Positions 46,389 through 56,731 of a DNA stretch of 62,461 nt are shown here, one piece after another. The stretch covers positions 1 to 62,461 of the forward strand of contig JBLIRI010000001.1 of the NCBI GenBank assembly GCA_049472235.1, written 5' to 3'. The notes under the pieces are model-generated. The model was not told the DNA's origin. It saw only the letters and a list, made by a program, of their open reading frames with translations, and did no database searches. The position numbers were made by a program, and so were the translations under genes. Within the stretch, counting starts at the first letter, position 1. Each line of letters opens with the position of its first letter. The stretch is from Thermoplasmatota archaeon (GTDB taxonomy: Archaea; Thermoplasmatota; Penumbrarchaeia; Penumbrarchaeales; Penumbrarchaeaceae).

Positions 46389-47996
46389 CTATTGTTCCGG
46401 TTCGATGACCCCTTCACCCCATTCAGGAAGCTGTCTGAGGGGGGCATCGATGGGGAGATAGAATATCCTGTAGGTCCTTACCTCGCGGTCAAGGAAGAAA
46501 TCGTCCTGCTTGATCTCGGCCTTGACCCTGTAATTGTTCTCAACGAAATCCACGAAACCTTCCATTTCCTCGAGGTGATATGTGATTATCACCGCCTCCA
46601 CGGCGTATGCTATGCAGGTGGTGTTCAGTTCATCGTCGGTGATCAACGGATACTGGAGCTCGGCCACGTTGATAAGGTTCGGAGGGACCAGTCGGTCGGC
46701 TTTGTAGACAATGATCGGATCGCCGGAGATCACGAAATCGCCTTCGTCGGTGATCTCCAGGAGGATATCCACCGCTCTGTCCCCCATGGACGGGCCCGTT
46801 TCCTTCACGACCCAGGAGAACCCCCCTCCGATGACAGCCGCGAGGAGGATCAGCGTGACCTCGGTGTAGATCAGCATCCTTCCCGTTATCCTGGGATATT
46901 TCTTCATGTGCTTTCTCCCTGACCACCACCTGGCGAAATTGATGATGCCCACTCCTGCCGTGAGGGATATGGCCGGAGAAAGGAATATCAGGTGGTGGGT
47001 CCAGGTCGTCGCCTGGAATATGAACCAGAACATGTAAAGCCCGGAGATCAGAAGGATGACCCCCTCCGGCCTCCTGTAGAGGGGTCTGACCCCGAAGATC
47101 AGGAAAGGGATCGCTCCCGCGTTCAGGAGGAGGAAGAGGCCGAAGTACGATAACTTGGTCATGAACGGCGCCACCGGCCGGTTCAACTGATTCAGGAACG
47201 TGCCCTGGTAAACCTCCTCCACCCCGTACCTGGCCATTATGAAAAGGACCACAAGGACGAAGGAAAGAGAGAAAAGCAGGATATGCTCGAACCTCACGTT
47301 GGTCCTCTTCGGAGGGAAGAAGCGGTGAAGATCGAACCGGTCCGTCATATCAAGGTCAGATACCCAATCGTAGACCAGTATGAGTCCGATGGCAAAGGTC
47401 GCAATGATGCCGAAAAGCTTGATCATGGAAGCTATCGCCAGAAAGAATCCCATCAGAACCAGGGATTTCTTCTTGCCGCTCTGCCTGTACTTCACGAGGA
47501 AAGCGACCCCGAGCGAGACCCAGAAGAGGCAGAACATGTCCAAAGAGGCCAACCTTGCCTCGTGAAGGAACATGAGATCGAGAGCTGCGAACGCTCCCGC
47601 GGCGACCATGACGTGCCTGCCCCCGATCCTGAACCCCACCAGAAGCACCATGGCTATTATCGCCAGGGAGCAGATGGTGGAGAAAAGCCTGAATACGACC
47701 GGGTCCGCCTCGATGAGGCTGTAGAACGTCGGCATGAGAGGAGCCTGGACCGTGTTGATCTGCGAGTAAAGGTCGTAGCCGAAATCGTACATCCTCCCCG
47801 TCATGATATCGATGCCCTCGTCAACGCCATTGGGAAGGATGCCCTTGGAGATGTAGAAGACGCGCGGTATCGTCGCTATCAGCAGGATTATGATGCCGAG
47901 GTACTTGTTGCTGTGCTTGGACCTGAGCATTCTATCCCTTATTCGCGACGGCAGGGAGGCCTTTTCCTCCGGGGGGTCGGGGCTGTCGATCGGCAA
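46389..47996 (-). CDS. GT-C fold glycosyltransferase (ArnT/PMT-like, GT39/GT83-type)
   Basis: 535 aa with more than 10 hydrophobic helices. An acidic first-loop motif NGVDEGID follows TM1, and there is a soluble C-terminal domain. Confidence 0.6.
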   Translation of the reverse strand: MPIDSPDPPEEKASLPSRIRDRMLRSKHSNKYLGIIILLIATIPRVFYISKGILPNGVDEGIDIMTGRMYDFGYDLYSQINTVQAPLMPTFYSLIEADPVVFRLFSTICSLAIIAMVLLVGFRIGGRHVMVAAGAFAALDLMFLHEARLASLDMFCLFWVSLGVAFLVKYRQSGKKKSLVLMGFFLAIASMIKLFGIIATFAIGLILVYDWVSDLDMTDRFDLHRFFPPKRTNVRFEHILLFSLSFVLVVLFIMARYGVEEVYQGTFLNQLNRPVAPFMTKLSYFGLFLLLNAGAIPFLIFGVRPLYRRPEGVILLISGLYMFWFIFQATTWTHHLIFLSPAISLTAGVGIINFARWWSGRKHMKKYPRITGRMLIYTEVTLILLAAVIGGGFSWVVKETGPSMGDRAVDILLEITDEGDFVISGDPIIVYKADRLVPPNLINVAELQYPLITDDELNTTCIAYAVEAVIITYHLEEMEGFVDFVENNYRVKAEIKQDDFFLDREVRTYRIFYLPIDAPLRQLPEWGEGVIEPEQ

Positions 47997-48184
47997 ATCT
48001 ATCCTCGCGTTCCCAATCCCTGTGGGATTATTTCTGTTTTGGTACTCCTTTGATTAGCCTCTCCAGGCCGTCCAAAAAATGTTCCACATGGTATATATCA
48101 ATACAAGAACATGCGCACCCATAGAAGAAACCATCTCGTTGAACAGTCCCGATCTATCTCGATCGGTGTTCAGGAGGCATCACA

Positions 48185-51100
48185 ATGGCACTTGAGATCG
48201 ATTCTGGAAGGAAAGATACGACGAAGATGCTGACCATGACCATAGTTGCAGCCGGACTTGTCCTGCTGCTGGTGGTCCCCCTGCTCGGGGTGCTCATCTT
48301 TGACGGTGATGAAGGCCAGCCCGGAGATGTTGGCTACCTGGACCAGTCCGGGGCAGTGACCGGCGACGCTTCGATGGACAGCACTTCCAGGGAAGCTTGG
48401 GAGAACTACCTGAAGACCGCTCCGACCGTGGAACTGAAACCTCATAACATCGATACCACTCTCGATGAGGATGACCTCGATATAATCGACGCGCTCCCGG
48501 GCGGTATCGGGGACAATACGGACTATCAGGATGATCCGTATCCTCCCGCGGACGGCGGCGCCGAGGGCAGTGATGATGCGCTGTCCGACGATGATGAGAG
48601 AGATGACAAGAACTCTGACCAGGAAGGCAACAACGGCGGGGAGAGGGAGGTCGAAGAGGCCGACATCGTGAAGGCCGTCGGGGACAGGATCTACGTACTC
48701 AACAACTACATGGGATTCCTCTCGGTCAACATGGAGGACCCGTCGGAACCCTACATCGAGGGAAGGACGCCTGTCCTCGGAACGCCTGTCAGCATGTACA
48801 TCGTGGATTTTCTTGGATTCGTGATAGCATCGAACGCCCCGTCACTGGACGGCTCCGAAGGAGGATCCTCCGGCCGATTGTACATCCTGGACCTCACCGA
48901 CACCACCGAGCCGAGGATCGTGAAGACGGTTGAGCTCGACGGATACCCCCTTGACAGCAGAAGGGTGGGAGAGGTCATCTACGTGATCTCGAACGACTAC
49001 ATGTATTACGATGATATCTGGCGCGGAGGATGGTTAGGCGGTATGGAGGTCGATATGGCAGTGGATGAGGGAGTGCCCGACGACGGTTCCGGAGATACCG
49101 GGCCGACCACGACCATCGTCTCCATCGGATTCTACCATCCGGAAAGCCTGGGCGAGGTGGACCGGGAGGAGATCTCGGGGGATTCCGCAAAGATACACGC
49201 CAGCCAGTTCGCGATCTTCATCCCCCAGTCCAAAGGCGACTGGGACAGACCCAAGACGGATTTCGTCTACGTTGACATATCCGACCCCCAGGGAGAGATC
49301 AAGGTCCGCGGAACCATCACAATAGACGGATATCTCAGGGACAGGTACCAGATGGACCATTACAAGGGAATGTTCAGGGTCGTGACCCAGGAGAATCCCA
49401 CCTGGGAGGGGGAGGGGGACAGGTTCCCTTCCTCGACCCTTTACATCGTCGACTGCAGGGACCCCGATGAGATGGAGGTGATCGCGGACCTTCTGATAGA
49501 CGATGAAGGCAACCTCATGGCCACCCGCTTCGAGGGTGAGAGGGGCTACACCATCCACCTCCCCGAGGCGATCGATCCCCTGGACGTTCTGGACCTTTCC
49601 GATCCCGATGATCCGAGATTGACGGATATCCTCGAGATCCCGGGATGGGTCGAGCACATGGAGGTCATTGGGTACAACATCATAGCCGTCGGGGTCGACA
49701 ATGAGAACGAGAGGAAGGTCGCCCTCTATCTGTTCGATGTCACCGACCCGGAGAATGCGGTCCTCGAGGACCATGTCGTCATAGGGGACGGCTACACCTA
49801 CTCCGAGGCGAACTGGGATCCCAAGGCCCTCACCATCCTCAAGGAGGAAGGTGTTGTCGTCGTTCCCTATTCGAGCTACAAGTGGGACTGGTACGGCACC
49901 TCCGAGAGCGGGGTTCAGTTGGTCTCCTTCGATCTCGAGAAAGGGGACCTCGAGGTGAGGGGAAAGATCACCGGAACTTCTCCCGTCACGAGGTCGAGGT
50001 CCGTTAACGGAAACCTCGTGACCACATCGGACAGGGTGCTCCAATCCATCCTCTACGACGACCTTGACGCACCCGTGATCGAGGCTGTCCTGGACCTCGC
50101 ATCCAACGTGAAGGATGCTTTCATAGTTCAGGACAAGGTCGTGTCCCTTGTTCTCCCCGACTGGGAGGGCAGCGGGGCCAGGGTCAGGGTCTCGGAGATC
50201 GCGACCCCGTACGATCCCATCTTTGAACTCGGGCCGGAAGGGCTCCAGTTCGAGGACATCGTCCGTTCGGGGAACATGGTGTACATAAAAGGCATCAGGC
50301 AGGGCCCGGACGTTGAAGGGGGCCCATACTGGGAGCTCTACGCCTACGACATGTCGGACCCGAACTCGCCCGTGGAGATGAAGAATGCCAGGATGTCCGT
50401 TCCCGACGAATTCACTTCCGACGGGTACTACTACAAGGAAAGGGACATGATGATCGAGGAGGGCGACGGAACAGCCGAGACTGCGGTAAGCTACGTTCAC
50501 TACGATCCGTTCTCCTGGAAGATCATCGACGGTCCTGCTGTGGCCGTTTTCTCATCCTATTACTACTACTATTATGACTATGGATATTATGAAGACGGCG
50601 CGGTCGAGAAGGGGGCCGAGCCAAGGGCGGGAGAGAGACCTGAGATGGAGAGGGTCTTCCTGTTCCACTGGGGGTCTCCTTCGGAGGTGCAGAAGCGGTC
50701 CATCGAGCTTCCCGTTGATACCAGCATCAGCAGCATCATCGGAGGCTGGGACGGGCTCTTCATCCAGTCGTACAACTGGAACTACGGGAACGAGCTGTTC
50801 AAGGTGACCTACTACCGCGGGGTCGAGATCGTAACCAGGGACCTGATCGTCCAGGGAAGGATCATAGGGGCCTCTGAAGACCTTGGACTTGTGTACACCT
50901 CCCTCGATTACTGGTGGGAGAACGCCCAGCACAACACGCTTAACGTCTACGACGTTTCGTCCGGCTCCGCCGAGTTCGTCATGGGGGTCGACCTGGGGCA
51001 GTACTACAGCCAGGTAAGCTTCCAGGGCGATCGAGTGGTGGTGATCTCGCAGGACTACGGGTACTACCCCTGGTACTACGGAGGATATCCCGAGGATGAC

Positions 51101-51478
51101 GTTGTTTACGACGACGCCGCTGTCGAGGGGGGAGAGGACAAGGCAGAGGAGCCCGTTTCATCCGATACCGACGAGATGCCCCCGGAGTGGCAGGAGCCCG
51201 ATTACAAGACCACCGTACATGTCCTGGGCATCCAGGACGGCGTCTTCGAGACGCACGAGACCTACACTGTAGACGGCATCTACTACTCCAGCATCATTGT
51301 CGGCGACATGGTCCTCCTCAACAAGGACTTCACGATGCTCGGCATATCCATGGCCGGGGACGAACTTGCCGAGATCGGACCCTGGTCCGTCCACGGATAC
51401 GTGCAGGGAGGCGACATCTCAGGAAGCTCCATGGTCGTTGCCATGGGCCTCTGGGGTATAGAGGTCCTCGAGATGTAG
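48185..51478 (+). CDS. secreted beta-propeller domain protein (Beta_propel/PF09826-like)
   Basis: 1097 aa with CAGGAGG before the ATG and an N-terminal TM. An acidic linker precedes EEADIVKAVGDRIYVLNNYMGFLSVNMEDPSEP, typical of the family. Contains Tyr-rich inserts. Confidence 0.65.
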   Translation: MALEIDSGRKDTTKMLTMTIVAAGLVLLLVVPLLGVLIFDGDEGQPGDVGYLDQSGAVTGDASMDSTSREAWENYLKTAPTVELKPHNIDTTLDEDDLDIIDALPGGIGDNTDYQDDPYPPADGGAEGSDDALSDDDERDDKNSDQEGNNGGEREVEEADIVKAVGDRIYVLNNYMGFLSVNMEDPSEPYIEGRTPVLGTPVSMYIVDFLGFVIASNAPSLDGSEGGSSGRLYILDLTDTTEPRIVKTVELDGYPLDSRRVGEVIYVISNDYMYYDDIWRGGWLGGMEVDMAVDEGVPDDGSGDTGPTTTIVSIGFYHPESLGEVDREEISGDSAKIHASQFAIFIPQSKGDWDRPKTDFVYVDISDPQGEIKVRGTITIDGYLRDRYQMDHYKGMFRVVTQENPTWEGEGDRFPSSTLYIVDCRDPDEMEVIADLLIDDEGNLMATRFEGERGYTIHLPEAIDPLDVLDLSDPDDPRLTDILEIPGWVEHMEVIGYNIIAVGVDNENERKVALYLFDVTDPENAVLEDHVVIGDGYTYSEANWDPKALTILKEEGVVVVPYSSYKWDWYGTSESGVQLVSFDLEKGDLEVRGKITGTSPVTRSRSVNGNLVTTSDRVLQSILYDDLDAPVIEAVLDLASNVKDAFIVQDKVVSLVLPDWEGSGARVRVSEIATPYDPIFELGPEGLQFEDIVRSGNMVYIKGIRQGPDVEGGPYWELYAYDMSDPNSPVEMKNARMSVPDEFTSDGYYYKERDMMIEEGDGTAETAVSYVHYDPFSWKIIDGPAVAVFSSYYYYYYDYGYYEDGAVEKGAEPRAGERPEMERVFLFHWGSPSEVQKRSIELPVDTSISSIIGGWDGLFIQSYNWNYGNELFKVTYYRGVEIVTRDLIVQGRIIGASEDLGLVYTSLDYWWENAQHNTLNVYDVSSGSAEFVMGVDLGQYYSQVSFQGDRVVVISQDYGYYPWYYGGYPEDDVVYDDAAVEGGEDKAEEPVSSDTDEMPPEWQEPDYKTTVHVLGIQDGVFETHETYTVDGIYYSSIIVGDMVLLNKDFTMLGISMAGDELAEIGPWSVHGYVQGGDISGSSMVVAMGLWGIEVLEM

Positions 51479-51521
51479 ACAGCCCAATAGGGCTATTAAC
51501 CTGAAGGTATCTAAGGACCCG

Positions 51522-52514
51522 ATGAAGGACTATCCCGACCAGGGGTCCGAACCGACCGCAAGGAAGGGATTCTCCCGGTTCGGTGAGCTTCCCCTGGTCC
51601 GCTACTGGAAGTGGTCGAGGTACACGAAGGGCTCCTACAGGAACATGTGGAAGGGGCTTCTCAAGACACTCAAAGGCATCGCCTACATCCTGATCCTGCT
51701 CTATTCGGTGGCGATGATACCCGACATTCCGCCGGGAATGGGGGTCCTTGTCATACTCATCGGACTCAAAGGCGCTTTCAACCTTGCCAGGGGCATACAG
51801 CTTTCCGTAAAGGCAAGGAGGATGGCAGAGAAAAGCAGGGGCGAGAAGGGAAAGCGCAGCTGGAAGTATTTCCTGCTATGGACCAACTCCACCTACATGA
51901 TCGCTATCATTTCCCTGAGCTTCCTGTTCATCGTGGAGCATCTCAAGGCGCCCCAGGAGATACGGGGGGACCAGCCGTGGTACATATGGCCCGCTATCTA
52001 TCTGGGGGTCTGGTTGGTCTGGTCCATTGTTGCTCGGTCCATGGTGCTCGGAGGGGCAAGGGCGTTCAAGGTCGGCGACCGGCTGGCAAAGGTCCATCAC
52101 GATCAGATGATGCTCCGGAAGGTCCTTGGAGATAGCGCGAAGAGGAAGGTGCTGCTGGCAACAGGCTACGTTCCGTTGATAGGCCTGGCCTTCATGATCT
52201 TCCTGATCATTCTCCTGAAGATGCTGCTTCGGTACATCCTGAAGGCGGCCTTCGACATCGATTCCGCAACGTCCATCGGGGAGAGCATTATCAGACTCGC
52301 CTTCGGACCCGATCTCTCCCTTCTAGATCTCAGCCCGTTCTTCGGGACGTGGATCGGGCCTCTCGTCCTGTACGTCGTGGTGGTGTTCCTGATATGCCTT
52401 TTCGCCTATCTTCGGTCATTTGCGATGATCAGGGCGGAATACGGGGACAGGTTCCATTCCCATCTCGGAAAGAGGTTCAAGCTTTTCAGGGAGCTGAGAA
52501 GGGACCCGAAGTGA
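51522..52514 (+). CDS. polytopic membrane protein, unknown function
   Basis: 330 aa with several long hydrophobic helices. Lies 43 nt downstream of the beta-propeller gene on the same strand. Confidence 0.55.
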   Translation: MKDYPDQGSEPTARKGFSRFGELPLVRYWKWSRYTKGSYRNMWKGLLKTLKGIAYILILLYSVAMIPDIPPGMGVLVILIGLKGAFNLARGIQLSVKARRMAEKSRGEKGKRSWKYFLLWTNSTYMIAIISLSFLFIVEHLKAPQEIRGDQPWYIWPAIYLGVWLVWSIVARSMVLGGARAFKVGDRLAKVHHDQMMLRKVLGDSAKRKVLLATGYVPLIGLAFMIFLIILLKMLLRYILKAAFDIDSATSIGESIIRLAFGPDLSLLDLSPFFGTWIGPLVLYVVVVFLICLFAYLRSFAMIRAEYGDRFHSHLGKRFKLFRELRRDPK

Positions 52515-55500
52515 TCACTCCCAGGCCTCCTCGTCATCGTCCTCCTCGTCGTCCGACTCCCATTCCATGCCCGCTTCCTCGATATCGACCCCGGAGCTTT
52601 TTCTGTAAAGCTTTACCAGGATGAAGAGCGTGACAAGGATTATTCCCAGTCCGGTGATGCCCGCGACCGCAAGCGGAACGGGGTCGACCTTGGAGAAAAG
52701 CTCGCTGCCCCCCTTCTTCTCGACGCGTATGGTCACGTTCAGCTTCATTGCCTCCATCTCGCCCATCGAGCCTATCCATAATGTCAGTCTGTATTCGCCC
52801 TCGGTCACGTTACCGGGAACATCGAGCATCACCTGGAAGGTCTTATTGTCCCCTGCCGGGATCCTGCTGAAGGATGAGGTCGAGAGGGTGACCCAGCCCT
52901 CGACGTAGGAGGATGAGGAGTACCCGATGTCGACCTTATCGTGGGTATTCCCCCGGTTCCTTATCGAAACGTCGAACTGGACGAACCTGCCTGGACGTAC
53001 GAGGACCGTGCTGTCCACCAGGTCCATGGCCACTTCAAGGGAGTAGACCTCGTCCACGAACAGCGTCCTCTCGAAATCCCTGAAGAGCCCCGAACCATTG
53101 CTCACAACGTGGAGGAGCAAGCGGTACTCCCCTGCCATGGCATCTGCGGGGATAAGGACCGAAACGATGAAACCACTGGCTGCCGTGGGCCCGAGCGTCA
53201 TCGTCGAGTTCGAGATGGTCACCGGCCATCCGTCCTCCGTGGAGGCGTTCATCGTTATCGTGTCGAAGGTGTTGCCCAGGTTCCGAAGCTCAAGCTGGAA
53301 AACAAGGCTTTCCCCGGGTTTTCGAACATTGTCGGGAGCATCCCCGCTGACCTCGAAATCGTAGGTCCTTCTGATGACCACCTTCAGGTCCGCGAACTGG
53401 GGGCCTCCGCCGGACCAGGGGGAGACCTTCACCCTGAACCCGTAGGTGCCGTTCAGGGGGAATTCCGACGTTATGTCGAGATATACCCTCCGATGGGACT
53501 CCTTGGCCACGCTGAAGAACTTCGGGTTTAGGGCCACAGACCAGTTGCCTTCAGGGGTCTCGACCATGGTCATATTGAACTGGTCGAATATGTTTCCGAG
53601 GTTGCTCACATTGAGGTAGAAGCTGACGCGCTCTCCCGGGTCCGCTTCCCGGACCGTTTCCTCGACCCTGAGCTCGAATGCGTAAAGCTTCTTCACGACG
53701 ATGTCGATGACATCCTCCTTCTCCTCGATACCGTTGTCCGCGGTGACGTACATCGTGTAGACCCCGGGATCGGTCCCGTTCGGGGGTCTTACCCTTATCC
53801 CGCCGGTTCCGTTGGAGAAGGGCGATAGTTCCATGGAACCGTTAAGGACCCGGACATCCCAATCGTCCATCCTGCTACCCATCCATTTCACCGTGACCCC
53901 CATGCCCACGTTCCCGTTCCCGATGATGTCGAAGGGGATGGTGGCATACTCCTCCGGATACAGCTCCACGATCTCCACAGGTATCTCCAGGTCGTATGAC
54001 ATGTCCGGTTCGACGGTCATGTTGAACGAGCCCTCGGCGGACGCTCCGGTCTGGGATGACAGGACGCTCACCTTGTGTGAATAGGTTCCAGCAAGGAACC
54101 TTGCGGGAAGGGTGAGCTTGAACGGGATGCTGAGGTCCTTGTAGGGCTCCACCTCGGCGGTGGAGGAGCCTGTCTCGATGGTCCATTCTGCCGGCAGGTC
54201 AGGGAATGTCAGATCGACGGTCTCCGGTCCGTTCCCCAGGTTCTCCACCTTGACATAACCAACGGCATAGGACCCCTGGGGGGTGCTGAGATCGTACGGA
54301 TCGACCGATACATCCAATCCCACCATCCTCATGGTAAATGCCTCGACCGTGTAGGTCACGGCCTTCGATAAAAGGATCGAGTCCACCCTGAGGACGATGT
54401 CCCTCACCTCATTGAAAAGAGCATCGGGCGGGGCATATATCGACAAGGTTCCGTTGAGCTCCCCGTCCACAGGGAGCGAGCCCTCGTAGACACTTACGTT
54501 CGCTGTCCATACATGCCGGCCGTTGCCCTGGACGGTTACGTTGAGAAGGACATCGGTGGGGATTATCCCCGTATTCCTGATGGTGAAATCCACCTCTACC
54601 TCCTCCCCTGGTCGAACGGTCACGTTCACAGGGTCAGTCTCCACCTCGAGCTTGGTACCGGATATCCCTCCTATGCTGAGGGACGGGTCCCCGAGCAGGA
54701 TGTATTCCGTGATCGTCTTGTAGGAGGCCGAGCCGGACCTTCCTATGTTGACCAGGTAATCCCTTACAGCGCTTGCAAGGACCTGTCCTGGGGTCTTCAC
54801 TCCGTCCGATATGGCCTTGTTCAGCCTCGCGTTGAAGTACCCGGAATTCACCATCGGGTACGACATACCCGATGATCCGTAACCGACCCTGGTGCAGCCG
54901 TATGTGGCAATGGCCCCCCCGTCCGGGTTCTTGTGGAGATACTCGCCCAGGCAGTCCACCGTGGCCCTGCTAGACCCGGGCGGATAGTACCATTGATTGT
55001 AGACAGGGTCCTGGCCTGAAACGACGTTGGAGGCGTTCTCGTTGTCGAAGCCGTGGGTGAGGCACGCATCTAGTATGGCTATCGGAAGCATGTAGCCGTT
55101 ATCCTGGTTGTTGGCGTACATCGACTTGTATGCCCCGGATGGGTAGCCCGATGTGTAGCCCCAGCCGTCATAGTCGCCGTGGTCCGAGAACACCAGGAGC
55201 CCGGTGCCCTGATCTATCACCGTCGAGATGTTGAACAGGGTGCCGGTGGACTCGTAAAGCTTGGTCACGTTGAACTCATCCAGGTAGCTGGAATCTATGA
55301 AATCGCACTCGTACTCGCCCTCGGCCGTTGGATATTGGGGAAAGGTATCCGTTCCGCAAAGGGTGGCGTTGTAGAACCACTCAGAGCCCTTGGCGTTAAG
55401 CTCGTATCCCCTGATCTTGTCGAACATATCTGTGAACTCTTCGACGGTGGATGCGGGAAGCCTTCCCACGAAGACGTCCGGATACAGATCGGGGTCATCC

Positions 55501-56558
55501 CTTATACCGCCATTGTACTCGCCCCACAGATATCTTGAATCACCGCTCAGGTCCGCATTCCAGTTGGTGAAGGTCGTGGTGCCGTCCTCGAAGAGGTCAG
55601 AGTAATAAAGGTCCGAGGGGACGAAAGCCCCGTCGCTTCTCTGCGCCCCTGAATCGTCGTAGCCGTCAAGGACCAGGATATGCCTCGCCGGGATATGCTC
55701 CTCGTCCCCCGCCAGAAGGACGAAATCGATGCCCCAGTTGAGCCTCGCCTGGTAGATGAAACGCTTGATCTCCTCCTGGGTATCGTTCTCTTGGATGTTC
55801 CAGTACCTGTCCGAAAGGATGTCCTCCATGGTCACTACCTTGGTATCCTTCCCGGTAGCGTTCCTGAATTCGGCATATTCGGCGGCGATCTCCGTGAATA
55901 TCTCCGGACAGATGACCAGAACGTCGAATTCCTCGGTCGCGTACCATTTTCTTTCGGCGGGATATGTGTATTCGATCTCGATCTTCCCGGATAGAATGCA
56001 TTCCAGGGCATTTCCGTCCAGTGTAACGGGGGAGACCATGAGCGAGAGGTAGGCATTGGTTCCGAGGTCATTGTGGTCTATTCCGGTCGACAGGGTATAG
56101 GCAAGGTGCTCCTCCGGAGCCTCGAAGCCGCCTGCAGGTATTACGGGCTCCGCTCCAGACCCCTTGGCGATGGAGTGGGGATTCATTCCGATATCGGCCG
56201 GAACGGGGATCCGAAGGTACTTTGCATCCTTCAAGGATGCCTGGACGATATCGGAGCCGAGCGGAAGCTCGATCTCATCGGTCCATATGGGGAGCCGCAG
56301 ATGGGAGGACCGCGGGTCCATCTCGAGATCGTCCATCCGGACCTCCGCTCCGTAGGGGCCCTGAACGATCCTTGGGATCCCTCCGTTGAACGGAATGGTC
56401 ACCGTTCGGGTGAAAAGGTCCTGCGAAAGGGAACCATCGACCTTTCCGCCGGATGTGGAGAGACCATCCCCGCCGATGGGAGATCGAAGGGATGGAAGGA
56501 CCAGTAAAAGTATCAAGGGAATTATCATTGACCGGCGAAGCGAGCGGTGGTCGAACAT
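52515..56558 (-). CDS. surface protein: C25 (gingipain-like) peptidase module with His/Cys dyad, multiple CARDB/NEW3-like modules, and a C-terminal TM with acidic tail
   Basis: 1347 aa. C25-like segments: VLVICPEIF...VVTMEDI, LLAGDEEHIP, SDLYYSDLF...VFVGRLPAS, VFSDHGDYDGWG (His), AILDACLTHGF (Cys). The C-terminal TM is LAVAGITGLGIILVTLFILV. Confidence 0.75.
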   Translation of the reverse strand: MFDHRSLRRSMIIPLILLLVLPSLRSPIGGDGLSTSGGKVDGSLSQDLFTRTVTIPFNGGIPRIVQGPYGAEVRMDDLEMDPRSSHLRLPIWTDEIELPLGSDIVQASLKDAKYLRIPVPADIGMNPHSIAKGSGAEPVIPAGGFEAPEEHLAYTLSTGIDHNDLGTNAYLSLMVSPVTLDGNALECILSGKIEIEYTYPAERKWYATEEFDVLVICPEIFTEIAAEYAEFRNATGKDTKVVTMEDILSDRYWNIQENDTQEEIKRFIYQARLNWGIDFVLLAGDEEHIPARHILVLDGYDDSGAQRSDGAFVPSDLYYSDLFEDGTTTFTNWNADLSGDSRYLWGEYNGGIRDDPDLYPDVFVGRLPASTVEEFTDMFDKIRGYELNAKGSEWFYNATLCGTDTFPQYPTAEGEYECDFIDSSYLDEFNVTKLYESTGTLFNISTVIDQGTGLLVFSDHGDYDGWGYTSGYPSGAYKSMYANNQDNGYMLPIAILDACLTHGFDNENASNVVSGQDPVYNQWYYPPGSSRATVDCLGEYLHKNPDGGAIATYGCTRVGYGSSGMSYPMVNSGYFNARLNKAISDGVKTPGQVLASAVRDYLVNIGRSGSASYKTITEYILLGDPSLSIGGISGTKLEVETDPVNVTVRPGEEVEVDFTIRNTGIIPTDVLLNVTVQGNGRHVWTANVSVYEGSLPVDGELNGTLSIYAPPDALFNEVRDIVLRVDSILLSKAVTYTVEAFTMRMVGLDVSVDPYDLSTPQGSYAVGYVKVENLGNGPETVDLTFPDLPAEWTIETGSSTAEVEPYKDLSIPFKLTLPARFLAGTYSHKVSVLSSQTGASAEGSFNMTVEPDMSYDLEIPVEIVELYPEEYATIPFDIIGNGNVGMGVTVKWMGSRMDDWDVRVLNGSMELSPFSNGTGGIRVRPPNGTDPGVYTMYVTADNGIEEKEDVIDIVVKKLYAFELRVEETVREADPGERVSFYLNVSNLGNIFDQFNMTMVETPEGNWSVALNPKFFSVAKESHRRVYLDITSEFPLNGTYGFRVKVSPWSGGGPQFADLKVVIRRTYDFEVSGDAPDNVRKPGESLVFQLELRNLGNTFDTITMNASTEDGWPVTISNSTMTLGPTAASGFIVSVLIPADAMAGEYRLLLHVVSNGSGLFRDFERTLFVDEVYSLEVAMDLVDSTVLVRPGRFVQFDVSIRNRGNTHDKVDIGYSSSSYVEGWVTLSTSSFSRIPAGDNKTFQVMLDVPGNVTEGEYRLTLWIGSMGEMEAMKLNVTIRVEKKGGSELFSKVDPVPLAVAGITGLGIILVTLFILVKLYRKSSGVDIEEAGMEWESDDEEDDDEEAWE

Positions 56559-56731
56559 GGTGTATCACCCTGAGGGCGGGATGCCCGATAATAACCGGCC
56601 CCTCTGTAAAAAGGTTGTGGTCCATTTCGTCACCGCTGCGGTCATGCCGGGCCGCCCGGGGAAAACCTATTATCCGAACGTCCTCTTATAACTGGCGTCA
56701 GGTCATCGGAGTGGGATGTTTGGAACTGGTC

